Positions 46,448-56,684 of a stretch of 64,000 nt of DNA are shown here, piece after piece (within the stretch, counting starts at the first letter, position 1; the number at the start of each line of letters is the position of its first letter). The DNA is taken from positions 96,001-160,000 of the forward strand of contig CAVYLP010000001.1 of assembly GCA_963769425.1 (NCBI GenBank), given 5' to 3'. The notes under the pieces are model-generated. The model saw only the letters and a list, made by a program, of their open reading frames with translations, made no database searches and was not told the origin of the DNA. A program made the position numbers and the translations under genes. This stretch comes from Candidatus Bathyarchaeota archaeon. GTDB taxonomy: Archaea > Thermoproteota > Bathyarchaeia > TCS64.

Positions 46448-48775
46448 TTCTTAGCCTCCTCGATCTGCTTCACTAGCCCATCCAGCTCCGTGAGGAACTG
46501 TTCGAGCATCGAACCGCAGCTCTTCAAAACCCTTATCGGGGCATTTCCCTCGCCGTAGAGGCGATCCATGAATCTTAGCTGCCCCTCAGCGTGGTCGACG
46601 CCCTTCTCGAAGTGGCAGCGGTCCTTGACGCAGCCTATGAGCATGACGCCGTCCGCACCGTGGTCTAGGGCGCCGACTATGTGGCGGAGGCTGATGGTGC
46701 TCATGCAGGGGACATATACAGGGTATGAAGGAGGGACTGTAGCTCGCTCCCTTCACTCCCGCGATGTCGAGCAGCCTGTACCCGCAGTCGTTGCAAGCAA
46801 AGCCTATGATCTTGGTGGCACCATTTCCACCCTCAAGGCTGCTTTCACCTGAGCATCCACAAGATCAAATCCGAAGTTCGGATTATCGAGTGCCCTCGTT
46901 GGGCAGCTTGTGATGCATAGACCGCAGCTCTGGCAGAGTGTCTCGTCGATACGGACAGGGCCCTCGACGGGCATCGTAATGGCCTGATATGGGCAGACCG
47001 TCGGGCAGACGCCACAGCGTCCGCACCTCGCCGAGTCGACCCTCGGCGTCAGGATAGGCTTCATAGCGTCCACCTCCTTCATCAGGTGAAGGCCCGCCAT
47101 CGCTGCAGCTGCGCTCGCTTGGGATACGGACTCTGGGATGTCCTTGGGTGAGTGGCAAGCGCCCGCGAGATAGACACCGGGGCGTTTCGTTATTGTGCTG
47201 GCAACCTTCGTATCCACCTCCTTAAAGAACCCGTCATTGTCGAGTTCGAGGCCGAGCCTCTCGGCGAGGTCGCGGGTGCCCTTGCTAGGCACCATGCCCG
47301 TACTGAGGACCACCAGGTCACTTGGTGTAGATGTTCTCTGTCCCTTCCCGTCCGTGTACTCGACGATCAGGCCACCGCCCTCGGCCTGCCTGACGGCGTC
47401 GAGGTTCCCGTGGACGAAGTTGATGCCAATCGTCTTTACGCGGTTGTAGAACTCCTCGTAGTACTTCCCGCCGGCGCGTATGTCCTTGAAGAGGATGGTG
47501 ATGTCGATGTCCGCGCCCTGGTGGAGTTTTATCTCCTCGGCGTGTTTCATCGCCGCCATGCAGCAGTATCGGCTGCACCACGGGTTGATCTCCGGGTCCC
47601 TGCTCCCCGCGCACTGGATCATGACTATCTTCTTCGGCTTCTGCCCGTCGCTGGGCTTGGTGAGGATTCCCGCGGTTGGGCCCTCGCCGTCGAGGTAGCG
47701 GGCGAGCTGGAACTGGTCGATGACATCCGCGTTCTCTGCGCCGTACTTGGGGTGCTTCCGGGCGTCCCAGTTGTCGACCCCAGTGGCGACGATTATCGAG
47801 CCGACGTAGAGGTCCTTGAACTTCTCCTCGTCCTTGAAGTTAATTGCCTGATTGGGGCAGACGCGCTCGCAGAGGCGGCAACTTCCCTTTGTGAGGTAGA
47901 GGCACGCCTCCGGGTCGATTACGTGTTTCCTCGGGATCGCGTTCGAGTGTGGGAGGTATATTGCCTTCCGCTTGCTTATCCCCCGGTTTATCTGGTCGGG
48001 GACGCTGACGGGGCACCTCTCCGTGCACTGCCCGCATGCGACGCACTTCTCCTCGTCGACGTATCGGGGCTTCCGCCTCACGTGGACGCGGTATCCGACG
48101 GGCATCCTGATGACGGCCTCGACCTCGCTGTTGTCGAGGACCTCGATGCCCTGTTCGTTTCCGACGTCCATCATCTTGGGGCCGCCGATGCAGATTGCGC
48201 AGCTGTCCTCGGGGAACGTCTTGCCCAGCAGACGGCATCAGGCCACCGATCGTCGGCTCACGCTCAACTAGGTGAACCATCATGCCGAGCTTCGCCAGGT
48301 CAAGGGAGGCCTGGATGCCTGAGACGCCGCCGCCAATCACGAGCACGTCGTTGAATCGCTGCACCACCTTCCTGTCGAGGGGGGTGCTCATCTTCGCCTT
48401 CTCGACGGCGACGCTTATGAGGCTCTTCGCCTTCTCGGTCGCTTCCACCCGGTCGTTGTGCACCAGAGCGCACTGCTCCCGGACGTTCGTTATTATGAGC
48501 TGGTTGGGGTCGAGCCCAGCCCCCTCCATGGCCTTCTGTAGGGGTTTCTCAAGTCTGACGCGGGAGCCTGTGACGGCGACAACGCTCGTGACGTCCTTGC
48601 CACCGTTCTTCTTCACGTCAGTTAGCCGGTCGAGCATGACCTTCTGGTTGAGGATCGGGGTCTGGTAGGCCGCGTAGACGCCGTTCATCCCCCTAGCGTA
48701 CTTCTCTAGGGCGTCGACGTCGAGCCTCTCCTTCAGGGTCTCCCCGAAGGTGTCGAAGATCACAATCGCGCTCAC
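46444..48775 (-). CDS. hdrA: second HdrA-MvhD fusion protein; frameshifts near 46830 and 48230
   Basis: REQCA, GGGVSG, KTFPEDSCAIC, CAGSRD..WCSRYCC, ferredoxin motifs, FACNDCGY / PCMST / GC..DRCHF across three frames. Confidence 0.85.
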
Positions 48776-50172
48776 TGCGGCTCCCTCCTGTTCGTATGCC
48801 TCTCGCCATCCACGGTCACATCCACCTCGACCATGTGGACGCTACAGCTGAGGCACGGGTCGTAGGCCCTGACGATCTTCTCGATCCCCCACATGGCGTC
48901 CTTCCGTGCGTCGGGTTTCGAGAACGCCTCGGCGTGGGCGTCGGCAAAGAGCCTGAGGTTCTTCTCGATGCTCTTGTGGTTGAACGTGGTCGGCGCGACT
49001 ATGTTAGCCGCCTTTATGATGCCCCTGTCGTCGATCTCGTAGCTGTGGAAGAGTAGGCCGCGGGGCGCCTCGACGAAGGCGTAGCCGACGCCGGCCTTCG
49101 CTTTGACTGGTTCCCTCGTCCTCTCCGTCATTATGACGTCGTTCGCTAGGCCGTCTAGCACCTCGTCGACGGAGGCGACGAACTCTACGGTTCTGGCGAG
49201 GTTGTAGGCGGCAGTGTCGTCGGTTGGGCGCTTGAATAGGCGCTCGTATGCCTTCAGGTACTCCGCCGCAGTGCCCCACTGCATCTTATCTATAACGTTC
49301 ATCCTCGCGAGAGGTCCCACCCTCATGTTTCCCCCAATGGGGCCCATGTCCTTTAGGTACTGGATCTTCGTGAAGCTGTGGCCGCTAGTCGTCTCCTCAA
49401 GCTGCTTGTAGTACTCTTGGGCAGGGAACTGGAGCAGCTGTTTGCCCTTCCCGTCCTTGACCCTGATCTCGCCATCGTATAACTCGTACCCACCATCCTT
49501 ATTGACAAGCCCCATGTATGGCGAGTCAAGCCCCATGTACTCATTCGGGTCATTGACGCGCTTCTCGTAAATGCCGAATATCGCGTCGGCTATCTTGCGA
49601 ACATTCGTGAGCGCGACGCGCCCCTCGCGAAGGAGCTTGTACCTAGCCTCACCGTTGAGCCCCTTCGTCTGCCCACCGGGGACGCTCGTGACAACGTGGA
49701 CGAGCCTACCGCCTATCTCGGTGACGACCCTGTTCCCGTACTCGTGGAGCTGCAGGGCTGCTGATGCGAGGTCTGGTGCAGCGTCGGCTACACCTATGAC
49801 GTTACGGTTCTCGATCGGAATGAGGTCTGGGAGGGCTAGGAATGCTAGGTGCAGAGCGTGGCTTGTGATGAAGCTAGCAGCGTTTAGTGTGCGGCGCAGC
49901 AGGGTCGCCACCTCGGGGACCTGGACCCCCCATGCGTCCTCGACCGCCTTCACCGACACGAGGTGGTGGTTGACATAACATATTCCGCAGATGCGCTCGC
50001 TTATCCTCGGCGCGTCCTCCGCTTGCTTGTTCGTGAGGAGGTACTCGAAGAACCTTGGGCCGACGGCGACGCTGAACTGCAGGTCCTTGACGGCCCCGCC
50101 CTCTACCTCTATCTTCACCTTGCCCGTCCCCTCGAGACGGGTGAGTGGGTTGATCATGATTGTCTCGGTCAT
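48772..50172 (-). CDS. mvhA: group 3 (3c/Mvh-like) [NiFe]-hydrogenase large subunit
   Basis: PLTRLEG, RFFE, ERICGIC, RVGPLAR, EAPRG.L.H, RAYDPCLSCSVH plus C-terminal extension. Confidence 0.88.
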   Translation of the reverse strand: MTETIMINPLTRLEGTGKVKIEVEGGAVKDLQFSVAVGPRFFEYLLTNKQAEDAPRISERICGICYVNHHLVSVKAVEDAWGVQVPEVATLLRRTLNAASFITSHALHLAFLALPDLIPIENRNVIGVADAAPDLASAALQLHEYGNRVVTEIGGRLVHVVTSVPGGQTKGLNGEARYKLLREGRVALTNVRKIADAIFGIYEKRVNDPNEYMGLDSPYMGLVNKDGGYELYDGEIRVKDGKGKQLLQFPAQEYYKQLEETTSGHSFTKIQYLKDMGPIGGNMRVGPLARMNVIDKMQWGTAAEYLKAYERLFKRPTDDTAAYNLARTVEFVASVDEVLDGLANDVIMTERTREPVKAKAGVGYAFVEAPRGLLFHSYEIDDRGIIKAANIVAPTTFNHKSIEKNLRLFADAHAEAFSKPDARKDAMWGIEKIVRAYDPCLSCSVHMVEVDVTVDGERHTNRREPQ

Positions 50173-51042
50173 TTCTTGCGGCCTCCGTTGAGGACCTTGG
50201 CGAGCTGGCTACTCGGGTAGGTGTACCGGTAGATTGTGCCGGCGTACTCGGATAGGCGTGAAGTTCTCGTTCGCCTCCTTGGTGAGGCTCGTCAAGGCGT
50301 CGAGCATCGTTAGGCCCTGGTCGCTGTTGCCCGCGGTGGGTCCGCGGCAGCCGTCGCAGGGCATACCGGCCTTCGGGCACGGTGCGCCGCATCCACCCAT
50401 AGTGGCGGGACCCATGCAGAGGAAGCCCTGCTCAAGCAGGCACCTCTCCGGGTCCGCGACCTCCTCGTATATCCTCTTGAGCTTCTTGCTGTACTCTCCT
50501 ATTCGCTCGCGGGGGCAGAGCTCGCAGACGTCCGTCTTGCTGAGCTCGGGTGTGCCGCCGCTGAGTAGGGTTGTGAGGACACCGGCGATGTCTCCGGTCT
50601 CGGGCGGGCAGCCGGGTATCCTGAAGTCTACCTTCACATAGTCTCCGATTGCCTGCTGCTTCGGGAGGAGCTTGTCGACGGTCGGCATATCGGATGCGAC
50701 TGTGCCCTTCTGCTCCGAGTATATTCTGCTCAGTAGCTCGTCCCCCTCCTTTAGGTTCGCGAGCCCTGGGACGCCACCGAAGCATGCGCATGAGCCGAGC
50801 GTGATGAGGATGCTTGATCTCTCCCGAATCTTCTTCGTGGTCTCTACCTCGTGCTCGGTTCTGACGCCTCCCTCAATTATGGCAACGTCAATCTTCTCCG
50901 GTATCTCCTTCGCATCCATGAGCGTTGGAGCGTAGACCAACTCATTCGCCTTGAGGATGCCGAGGAGCGCCTCGTGTAGCCCCACCGTCGCCACCTGGCA
51001 CCCGGTGTCACCCGAGAGCCCCAGAAGCAGTATCTTCACCAT
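50169..51042 (-). CDS. mvhG: [NiFe]-hydrogenase small subunit (MvhG-like); frameshift near 50255
   Basis: GDTGC, GSCACFGG, PGCPP, VCELCPR, CLLEQG..CMGPAT..GC.A.CP....PCDGCRG. Confidence 0.88.
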
Positions 51043-51258
51043 GCTATCACCGACCCGGCATCCCACCGGAACCCAAAGTACGGCAAAGGGAATCAGTAAT
51101 TATTCTAATGACTACATATATTGTTTATGTTGGTATAGAGAATAATATCTGTAGGTAAAAATTCCCCATCGAAAAGGGAGGGGCGAATATGGAGATTATT
51201 CCTGAATATTGTAAATAGATGCTGAAAGATGTAAAAATATGTGGAGGCTAAGGGGTTC

Positions 51259-52155
51259 CTAGAAGAACTCCTTGCCGTCCTTGGAGACGAGGCGACCCCA
51301 GTAGGCGGTTACGTCATCCTGGATCTCCTTTATCTCGTCCTCCGTGATGTGGCGGAACCTGCCCTGCATCTTGAGGACGTCCTTCACCGGTTTGAGCTCC
51401 TTCGGCTTGTACGTGATACGGAAGCTCTCGCCGTTGATGACCTCGTAGAGCGGCCACATGCCACTGAGGACCATCTCCTTGGCCACCTTCACTGCTACCT
51501 GTGGCTCGAACCTCCAACCCGTCGGGCAGGGGGCCGAGACCTGGATGTAGCGGAAGCCCTTGATGTTCTTTGCGTACTCGAGCTTTCCGATGAAGTCCTC
51601 GGGGTAGGCGATGCTGGCGGTTGCCATGTATGGTACCCTGTGGAGGGCTACCATGGCGGCGACGTTCTTGCGGCGCTCCTTCTTGCCTCGGCTGAACTCG
51701 CCGACTGGCGTCGTTGTCGTCTCCGCGTACTTCGTCGTGGCGCTGCTGCGCTGGCCACCGGTGTTCATGTAGGCCTCGTTGTCGTAGCAGACCCAGAGAA
51801 CGTTCTCGTTGCGCTCAGCGGCGCCCGAGAGACCCTGGAATCCGATGTCGGTCGTGCCTCCATCACCCACTATCGTGGTGACGATGGCGTCCTCGCGGTT
51901 CAACCTCTTGAACGCGTGGGCGAGTCCTGTCGACATCGCTCCTGCGCCCTCGAAGACCTCACCGTAGATGCTCGGCTGCTCTAGGTTGCCGAACGCTGGG
52001 CCACAGCAGGCGACCTCCTGGCGGACCATCTTGTCCTTCAGGACCTTCGCGACGATCCTCGCGACCGAGGCGCCGGTGCAGCCCTGGCAGGACTGGTTCG
52101 CTGGCTGTATGTACTCCTTCTCGTCTAGCTTCACGAGTGGAACTGGTTTGCTCAT
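51259..52155 (-). CDS. 2-oxoacid:ferredoxin oxidoreductase beta (TPP-binding) subunit
   Basis: SCQGC, GDGG..DIG, YDNEAYMNTGGQRS, PCPTGW. Confidence 0.92.
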   Translation of the reverse strand: MSKPVPLVKLDEKEYIQPANQSCQGCTGASVARIVAKVLKDKMVRQEVACCGPAFGNLEQPSIYGEVFEGAGAMSTGLAHAFKRLNREDAIVTTIVGDGGTTDIGFQGLSGAAERNENVLWVCYDNEAYMNTGGQRSSATTKYAETTTTPVGEFSRGKKERRKNVAAMVALHRVPYMATASIAYPEDFIGKLEYAKNIKGFRYIQVSAPCPTGWRFEPQVAVKVAKEMVLSGMWPLYEVINGESFRITYKPKELKPVKDVLKMQGRFRHITEDEIKEIQDDVTAYWGRLVSKDGKEFF

Positions 52156-52168
52156 TTCATTATCCTCC

Positions 52169-53347
52169 TTACACCCACTCCACCAGGGGAGCGACCTTCG
52201 CGCCGCCCGCGAACTTGAGGGTCTTCTCTCCTATCTTCATGATGTCCTGTACGCGGACCTCCTTTCCGTTGAGGCCTGCGTGGAACTGGAGTGTCTTCGG
52301 TCTCTCGTCTAGCTCGTACATGGCGTTCCTTATCTCGCCAAATGTCCAGCCGCCGGAGCCGATGCTTATATTGCGGTCGATGATTCCCAAAGCCTTGAAC
52401 TTGGGGCCGAGCTTCACGAACTCCTCTGCGGGGAAGGGTTTGATGGTCTTGAGCTTGATGAGGCCGACCTTCTTGCCCTCTGCCTGGAGCTTGTCGACTG
52501 CGACGCGTGCCGTGCTCGCGATTGTACCCATGGCGACAATTACCGCGTCGACGTCCTTCGTTTTGTACTCCTCGACGAGGCCATTTCCGTAGCCGCGGCC
52601 GAACATCTTCTTGAACTCGGCGTTGACCTCCTTGATGACCTTCTTAGCGTTCTCCATCGCCTGCTGGTCCTCGACGAAAGTGGTCTGAACGTCGCGTCCG
52701 ACGCTCCACTGCTTCATCTGGAAGTCCCGGCTCTCTTTTCCCTGGTCGGGGAGGAGGGGGATCGTCGTCTTGTATGGCGGGAGGAAGGCATCTACCTTCG
52801 CCTCGTCTGGGATGTCGATGGGCTCGTCCGTATAGCTGAGTATGTAGCCGTCTCCCGCGAAGATTATTGGGAGGCGAACGCGCTCGTCCTCGGCGACCTT
52901 GTAGGCCATGAGGCCCGTGTCGAGGATCTCCTGCCCGCTCTCGCACTCCATCATCATCCAGCCGGTCTCGCGTTGCGCCATCATGTCTGTCTGGTCGGGG
53001 TCCATACCCTTGATGCCCCTGTGCATGAGAGCCATGACGAGTGGAACCCTGTTGTTTCTCGTGGCGAGCATCGGGTGGTGCATGTAGAGGAGTCCTGGGC
53101 CGGCAGTCGCCGTGAAGGCTCGTACACCCGCGGCGCCCGCCGTGAAGGCGGATGCTTGGGCGGTTAGTTCGCCCTCAGTTGTGACGTACTCGGCGTCGAT
53201 CTCCCCGTTGGCCACCATGTCGGCGATGTACTGGACTATGGTTGTCTGGGGTGTGATTGGGAAGGCGGAGATGAACTTCGCCCTGGCGAGTCTGACCGCG
53301 TGGGCGACCGCCTTGTTACCGACCATAACCTCGAACTTTTGTGGCAT
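52169..53347 (-). CDS. 2-oxoacid:ferredoxin oxidoreductase alpha subunit
   Basis: GN.AVA, FPITPQT, FTATAGPGL, PFP, DRNIS.G. Confidence 0.92.
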   Translation of the reverse strand: MPQKFEVMVGNKAVAHAVRLARAKFISAFPITPQTTIVQYIADMVANGEIDAEYVTTEGELTAQASAFTAGAAGVRAFTATAGPGLLYMHHPMLATRNNRVPLVMALMHRGIKGMDPDQTDMMAQRETGWMMMECESGQEILDTGLMAYKVAEDERVRLPIIFAGDGYILSYTDEPIDIPDEAKVDAFLPPYKTTIPLLPDQGKESRDFQMKQWSVGRDVQTTFVEDQQAMENAKKVIKEVNAEFKKMFGRGYGNGLVEEYKTKDVDAVIVAMGTIASTARVAVDKLQAEGKKVGLIKLKTIKPFPAEEFVKLGPKFKALGIIDRNISIGSGGWTFGEIRNAMYELDERPKTLQFHAGLNGKEVRVQDIMKIGEKTLKFAGGAKVAPLVEWV

Positions 53348-53362
53348 ACTTCATTCTCCTCC

Positions 53363-54175
53363 TTAGATGGTCTCCTGAACCCAGCCGATCGCCTTGGTTG
53401 GGCACTCCTCCATGCAGATGCCGCAGCCCTTGCAGTACTGGTAGTTGACCGCTGCCTTATTGTTCTTCATGCCGATGGCGACCTCTGGGCAGAGGATGAA
53501 GCAACGCTTGCATCCGACACACTTTGCGTCGTTGAAGACGGGGCGGTAGAGCCTCCAGCTGGAGACGTCGCGGTCGTCGGCTTTGCGTGCGCGGCCCTGA
53601 ATCTTTACCTCATCCATCTTTACGTTGGAGACGTCGACAGCGGGTACAGCCATCTCGTAGGCTTTCTGCATCGCCTTTATGTTCATCTCACCGATGCGAC
53701 CGCTCCACTGGTGGTGGGCCGCCTCCTCGAGGCTGCTGAGCTTGACCATACCGGTCACCTTGGCGAATGCGCCGAGGATGGCCGTGTTTGTGATGGGCCT
53801 ACCGATGGTCTCCATGGCGACCTTCGTCGCGTCGACCGTGGCCACCTTGTATGGGCCGCCTATGCCTGTCTCTAGGCCACCATGTGGGTGGTTGACTAGG
53901 ACGAGGCCGCCCTTCTTGAGTCCCTGCGTCACGGGGACCGTCTTGGCGAGGAGAGGGTCTAGTACGACGACCATGTCCGGCTCGTGGACGAGGTCGCGCT
54001 CGTAGATCCTGTCGTCGCTCACCCTTAGGAATGACTGGACCGGTGCTCCGCGCCTCTCGGTCCCGTACATCGGGATGCCGAGGGTGTACTTGCCCTCGTA
54101 GAACATGGCTGTCGAGAGGAGCCTTACTCCGGTGACGGCGCCTTGGCCGCCCCTTCCGTGGAACCTGATCTCCAT
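53363..54175 (-). CDS. 2-oxoacid:ferredoxin oxidoreductase gamma-delta fusion subunit
   Basis: EIRFHGRGGQG, YGTERRGAPV, NTAILGA, then WR..RPV, CVGCKRC...CP, CKGCGIC..ECP. Confidence 0.92.
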   Translation of the reverse strand: MEIRFHGRGGQGAVTGVRLLSTAMFYEGKYTLGIPMYGTERRGAPVQSFLRVSDDRIYERDLVHEPDMVVVLDPLLAKTVPVTQGLKKGGLVLVNHPHGGLETGIGGPYKVATVDATKVAMETIGRPITNTAILGAFAKVTGMVKLSSLEEAAHHQWSGRIGEMNIKAMQKAYEMAVPAVDVSNVKMDEVKIQGRARKADDRDVSSWRLYRPVFNDAKCVGCKRCFILCPEVAIGMKNNKAAVNYQYCKGCGICMEECPTKAIGWVQETI

Positions 54176-54331
54176 CAACGTGGTTAACTCCTTGAAGGAA
54201 TCCTTCAACATCTTTTACCGCAGCATATAACCATTCTGCAGCCATGAGACAGGAGAATCGGAAAGTAAATGCAGTAAATAGGGCGACTAGAGGATATAAT
54301 ATTGAAATTATGGCTTGCGTAAGATTGAAAC

Positions 54332-54784
54332 ATGAATACCCTTATCGTCTACATCTCCTACCATCACGGCAACACCGAGAAGATCGCTCAGGCCATGGGT
54401 GAGGTGCTCGAGGCTGAGCTGAGGAGCCCCGAATCAATGAAACCTGAGTCGATCAGTGAGTACGATCTGATCGGCTTCGCTTCTGGGAACTATTTCGGCA
54501 AGTTTGATAAGAGATTAATATCGTTCATCGATTCTCTTCCGAGGGGCATTAATAAACCGGTTTTCATCTTCAGCACTCATGGCGCTGAGGGCAATCAGAA
54601 GGCACATGAAGACTTGAAGAAGCACCTTATGGATAAGGGTCTAAGTGTTGTTGGGGAGTGGCATTGTAGAGCCTATGACTCGTACGGCGTGCTTAAGCTA
54701 ACGGGGGGCATAAACAAGGGTAGACCAAACGACAGCGATATCCAGGACGCGAAGAGATTCGCTGAGGGTCTAAAAGCTAAGTAA
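54332..54784 (+). CDS. flavodoxin family protein
   Basis: YISYHHGNTEKIA, YDLIGFASG.Y, FSTHG. Confidence 0.9.
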   Translation: MNTLIVYISYHHGNTEKIAQAMGEVLEAELRSPESMKPESISEYDLIGFASGNYFGKFDKRLISFIDSLPRGINKPVFIFSTHGAEGNQKAHEDLKKHLMDKGLSVVGEWHCRAYDSYGVLKLTGGINKGRPNDSDIQDAKRFAEGLKAK

Positions 54785-54838
54785 TGTGGAACGTCATACG
54801 ACGGCTAATAGAATATTAAATGAAGTTACCACAAGGGA

Positions 54839-55609
54839 TTGGTCGAGATGGTCGGAAGTAGAGAGGTAAAAGAGAGGGCAAGGAGCATCGGGTTCTCGGC
54901 GGTGGGTATTTTATCTCTTGAACAGCTTAGCAATTTACCGGTCGGGGATGTGGAGGGGGTTCATACCCTCATATCCGCATCTGATGAGTTGCCTTCCGTC
55001 AGGTCGGCCATAGTCTTAGGATATCACATCTGGGACCCCATCTTCAATGTTCACACCCTAGACCCGCGATGGAGGGGCATTGGCTTCCACAGCCCTAATG
55101 ATAAGTTCGAGTTTCACCAGCTATATTCCGAGGTCGTGGGGAGGAAGGCGTGGCAACTCGCAGGATGGCTTCGTGGGCTTGGATTCGATGCGGTTCCAAC
55201 CAATGGACTCCCCCTGAAGCGAGCCGCACCATTGGCTGGGCTAGGGATGCAGGGAAAGAATACGGTCCTAATATCGAAGGAGTATGGTCCTAACCTTAGG
55301 CTCGGTGCTGTGTTGACGTCTGCTGTTCTCGAATCGGACGCGCCCTTCACGAGAGACCTATGTGGGGACTGTACGCGTTGTATTAGAGCATGCCCAACGG
55401 GGGCGCTGAAGCCACACGAGGTCACGATTAAGAGGTGCATGGTCTACGCCCTCGAAAACCCAGAGTCCAGCGATGTGGACGATGACGTTAGGGCAATAGC
55501 GAATAAGCTGATAATCAGACCGACTAGGGGGAGTTTCATCGAGTGTACTCGTTGCCTTGACGCTTGCCCTTACAGTAAAGGGGCGAGGGAAAAGGCTGCT
55601 CAGACTTAA
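54839..55609 (+). CDS. epoxyqueuosine reductase (QueG)-like Fe-S protein
   Basis: KRAA.LAGLG..GKN..LI..EYG..LRL..VLT, CGDCTRCIRACP, CTRCLDACP. Confidence 0.8.
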   Translation: MVEMVGSREVKERARSIGFSAVGILSLEQLSNLPVGDVEGVHTLISASDELPSVRSAIVLGYHIWDPIFNVHTLDPRWRGIGFHSPNDKFEFHQLYSEVVGRKAWQLAGWLRGLGFDAVPTNGLPLKRAAPLAGLGMQGKNTVLISKEYGPNLRLGAVLTSAVLESDAPFTRDLCGDCTRCIRACPTGALKPHEVTIKRCMVYALENPESSDVDDDVRAIANKLIIRPTRGSFIECTRCLDACPYSKGAREKAAQT

Positions 55610-55642
55610 ATCGGTGGAGCCGCCGATTATTCTCCGACCATT

Positions 55643-56650
55643 ATGAGGCTTGTTGTATTCGGTCCACACAAGAGGCTCGGCGCATGGCTTGAGGACGGCT
55701 CAGTTGTCGACCTCAATCATGCTTACGCGGCGCTTCTGGAGAGCAAGGGCGAGGCGAGGGCCTGCGCTAAGGCGGATGTGGAGGTCCCCTCGTGTCTACT
55801 TGCGTTCATCGAGGAGGGCGACGCTGGGCTTAAGGCCGCCGCTAAGGCCGTCGCCTACGCTAAGAAGGCGAAGGTGTCGGCGAAGGGGGAGCAACTGCTC
55901 TTCAAGGATGTGAAGCTCCACGCTCCTCTTCCGAGCGCGGCGTCTAGGTTAGCCATGGCGGGGGCTAACTTCTACGACCACAGCGCTGACGTCTCCAAGA
56001 TGTTCGGCCGCCCTTCCTCGATCGATGAGATCAAGAAGCAGGTAAAGGAGGGAACATACAACGCTTGGGGCTTCTGGAAGCAGGCTCGCAACGTCGTCGA
56101 TCCCGACGGATCCACGCCTTACCCGGCTAGGACGCAGCGTCTTGACTACGAGGTGGAGATCGGGGCCGTGTTAGGTAAGAAGGGAAAGGACATCAAGGAG
56201 GCTGAGGGAGAGGAATACATCTATGGCTACACAATGGTCAACGATCTTAGCATACGTGATGGCGGCCGTATGGCGGGCCCCGACGGGTTCTTCTTCGCTA
56301 AGAACTTCGACAACTGCGCACCGATGGGTCCGTGCATCGTCACGAAGGACGAGATCGCTGACGTGTACAAGTTAAAACTCAAGCAGACGGTCAATGGTAA
56401 GGTCCGTCAAAATGGCTCGATGGAGAGCATGATCAGGAAGTACCCGTGGTGGATCGCTTGGCTAAGCAGAGACATGTATCTCTACCCCGGTGACATCGTA
56501 TGCGGCGGCACCTGCTCAGGGACCGCACTCGACACCAGCCCAGTCGTCGACGGAAAAACGAAGCCTGACAACTTCCTCAAGGTCGGCGACGTCCTCGAGG
56601 CCGAAGTCCCCGGCTTGGGAAAGCTCCGCACGACCATAGTCACGAAGTGA
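55643..56650 (+). CDS. fumarylacetoacetate hydrolase family protein
   Basis: LDYEVEIG, GYT..NDLS.RD, AKNFD...PMGP, LYPGD. Confidence 0.92.
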   Translation: MRLVVFGPHKRLGAWLEDGSVVDLNHAYAALLESKGEARACAKADVEVPSCLLAFIEEGDAGLKAAAKAVAYAKKAKVSAKGEQLLFKDVKLHAPLPSAASRLAMAGANFYDHSADVSKMFGRPSSIDEIKKQVKEGTYNAWGFWKQARNVVDPDGSTPYPARTQRLDYEVEIGAVLGKKGKDIKEAEGEEYIYGYTMVNDLSIRDGGRMAGPDGFFFAKNFDNCAPMGPCIVTKDEIADVYKLKLKQTVNGKVRQNGSMESMIRKYPWWIAWLSRDMYLYPGDIVCGGTCSGTALDTSPVVDGKTKPDNFLKVGDVLEAEVPGLGKLRTTIVTK

Positions 56651-56684
56651 CCCTTTTTATCCATCATCCGCCTTTTTCCATGAG

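Noticed and set aside
47152-48354. 400-aa plus-strand ORF and many similar long antisense ORFs
   Set aside because: Shadow ORFs opposite GC3-rich genes; no motifs.
28191-51042. Selenocysteine or pyrrolysine read-through in Hdr/Mvh/Ech genes
   Set aside because: The relevant ligand positions are Cys codons; the interruptions are frameshifts, not in-frame UGA/UAG.
51259-54175. Oxalate oxidoreductase assignment
   Set aside because: The alpha subunit has FPITP, not the PIRP Arg characteristic of the Moorella enzyme.
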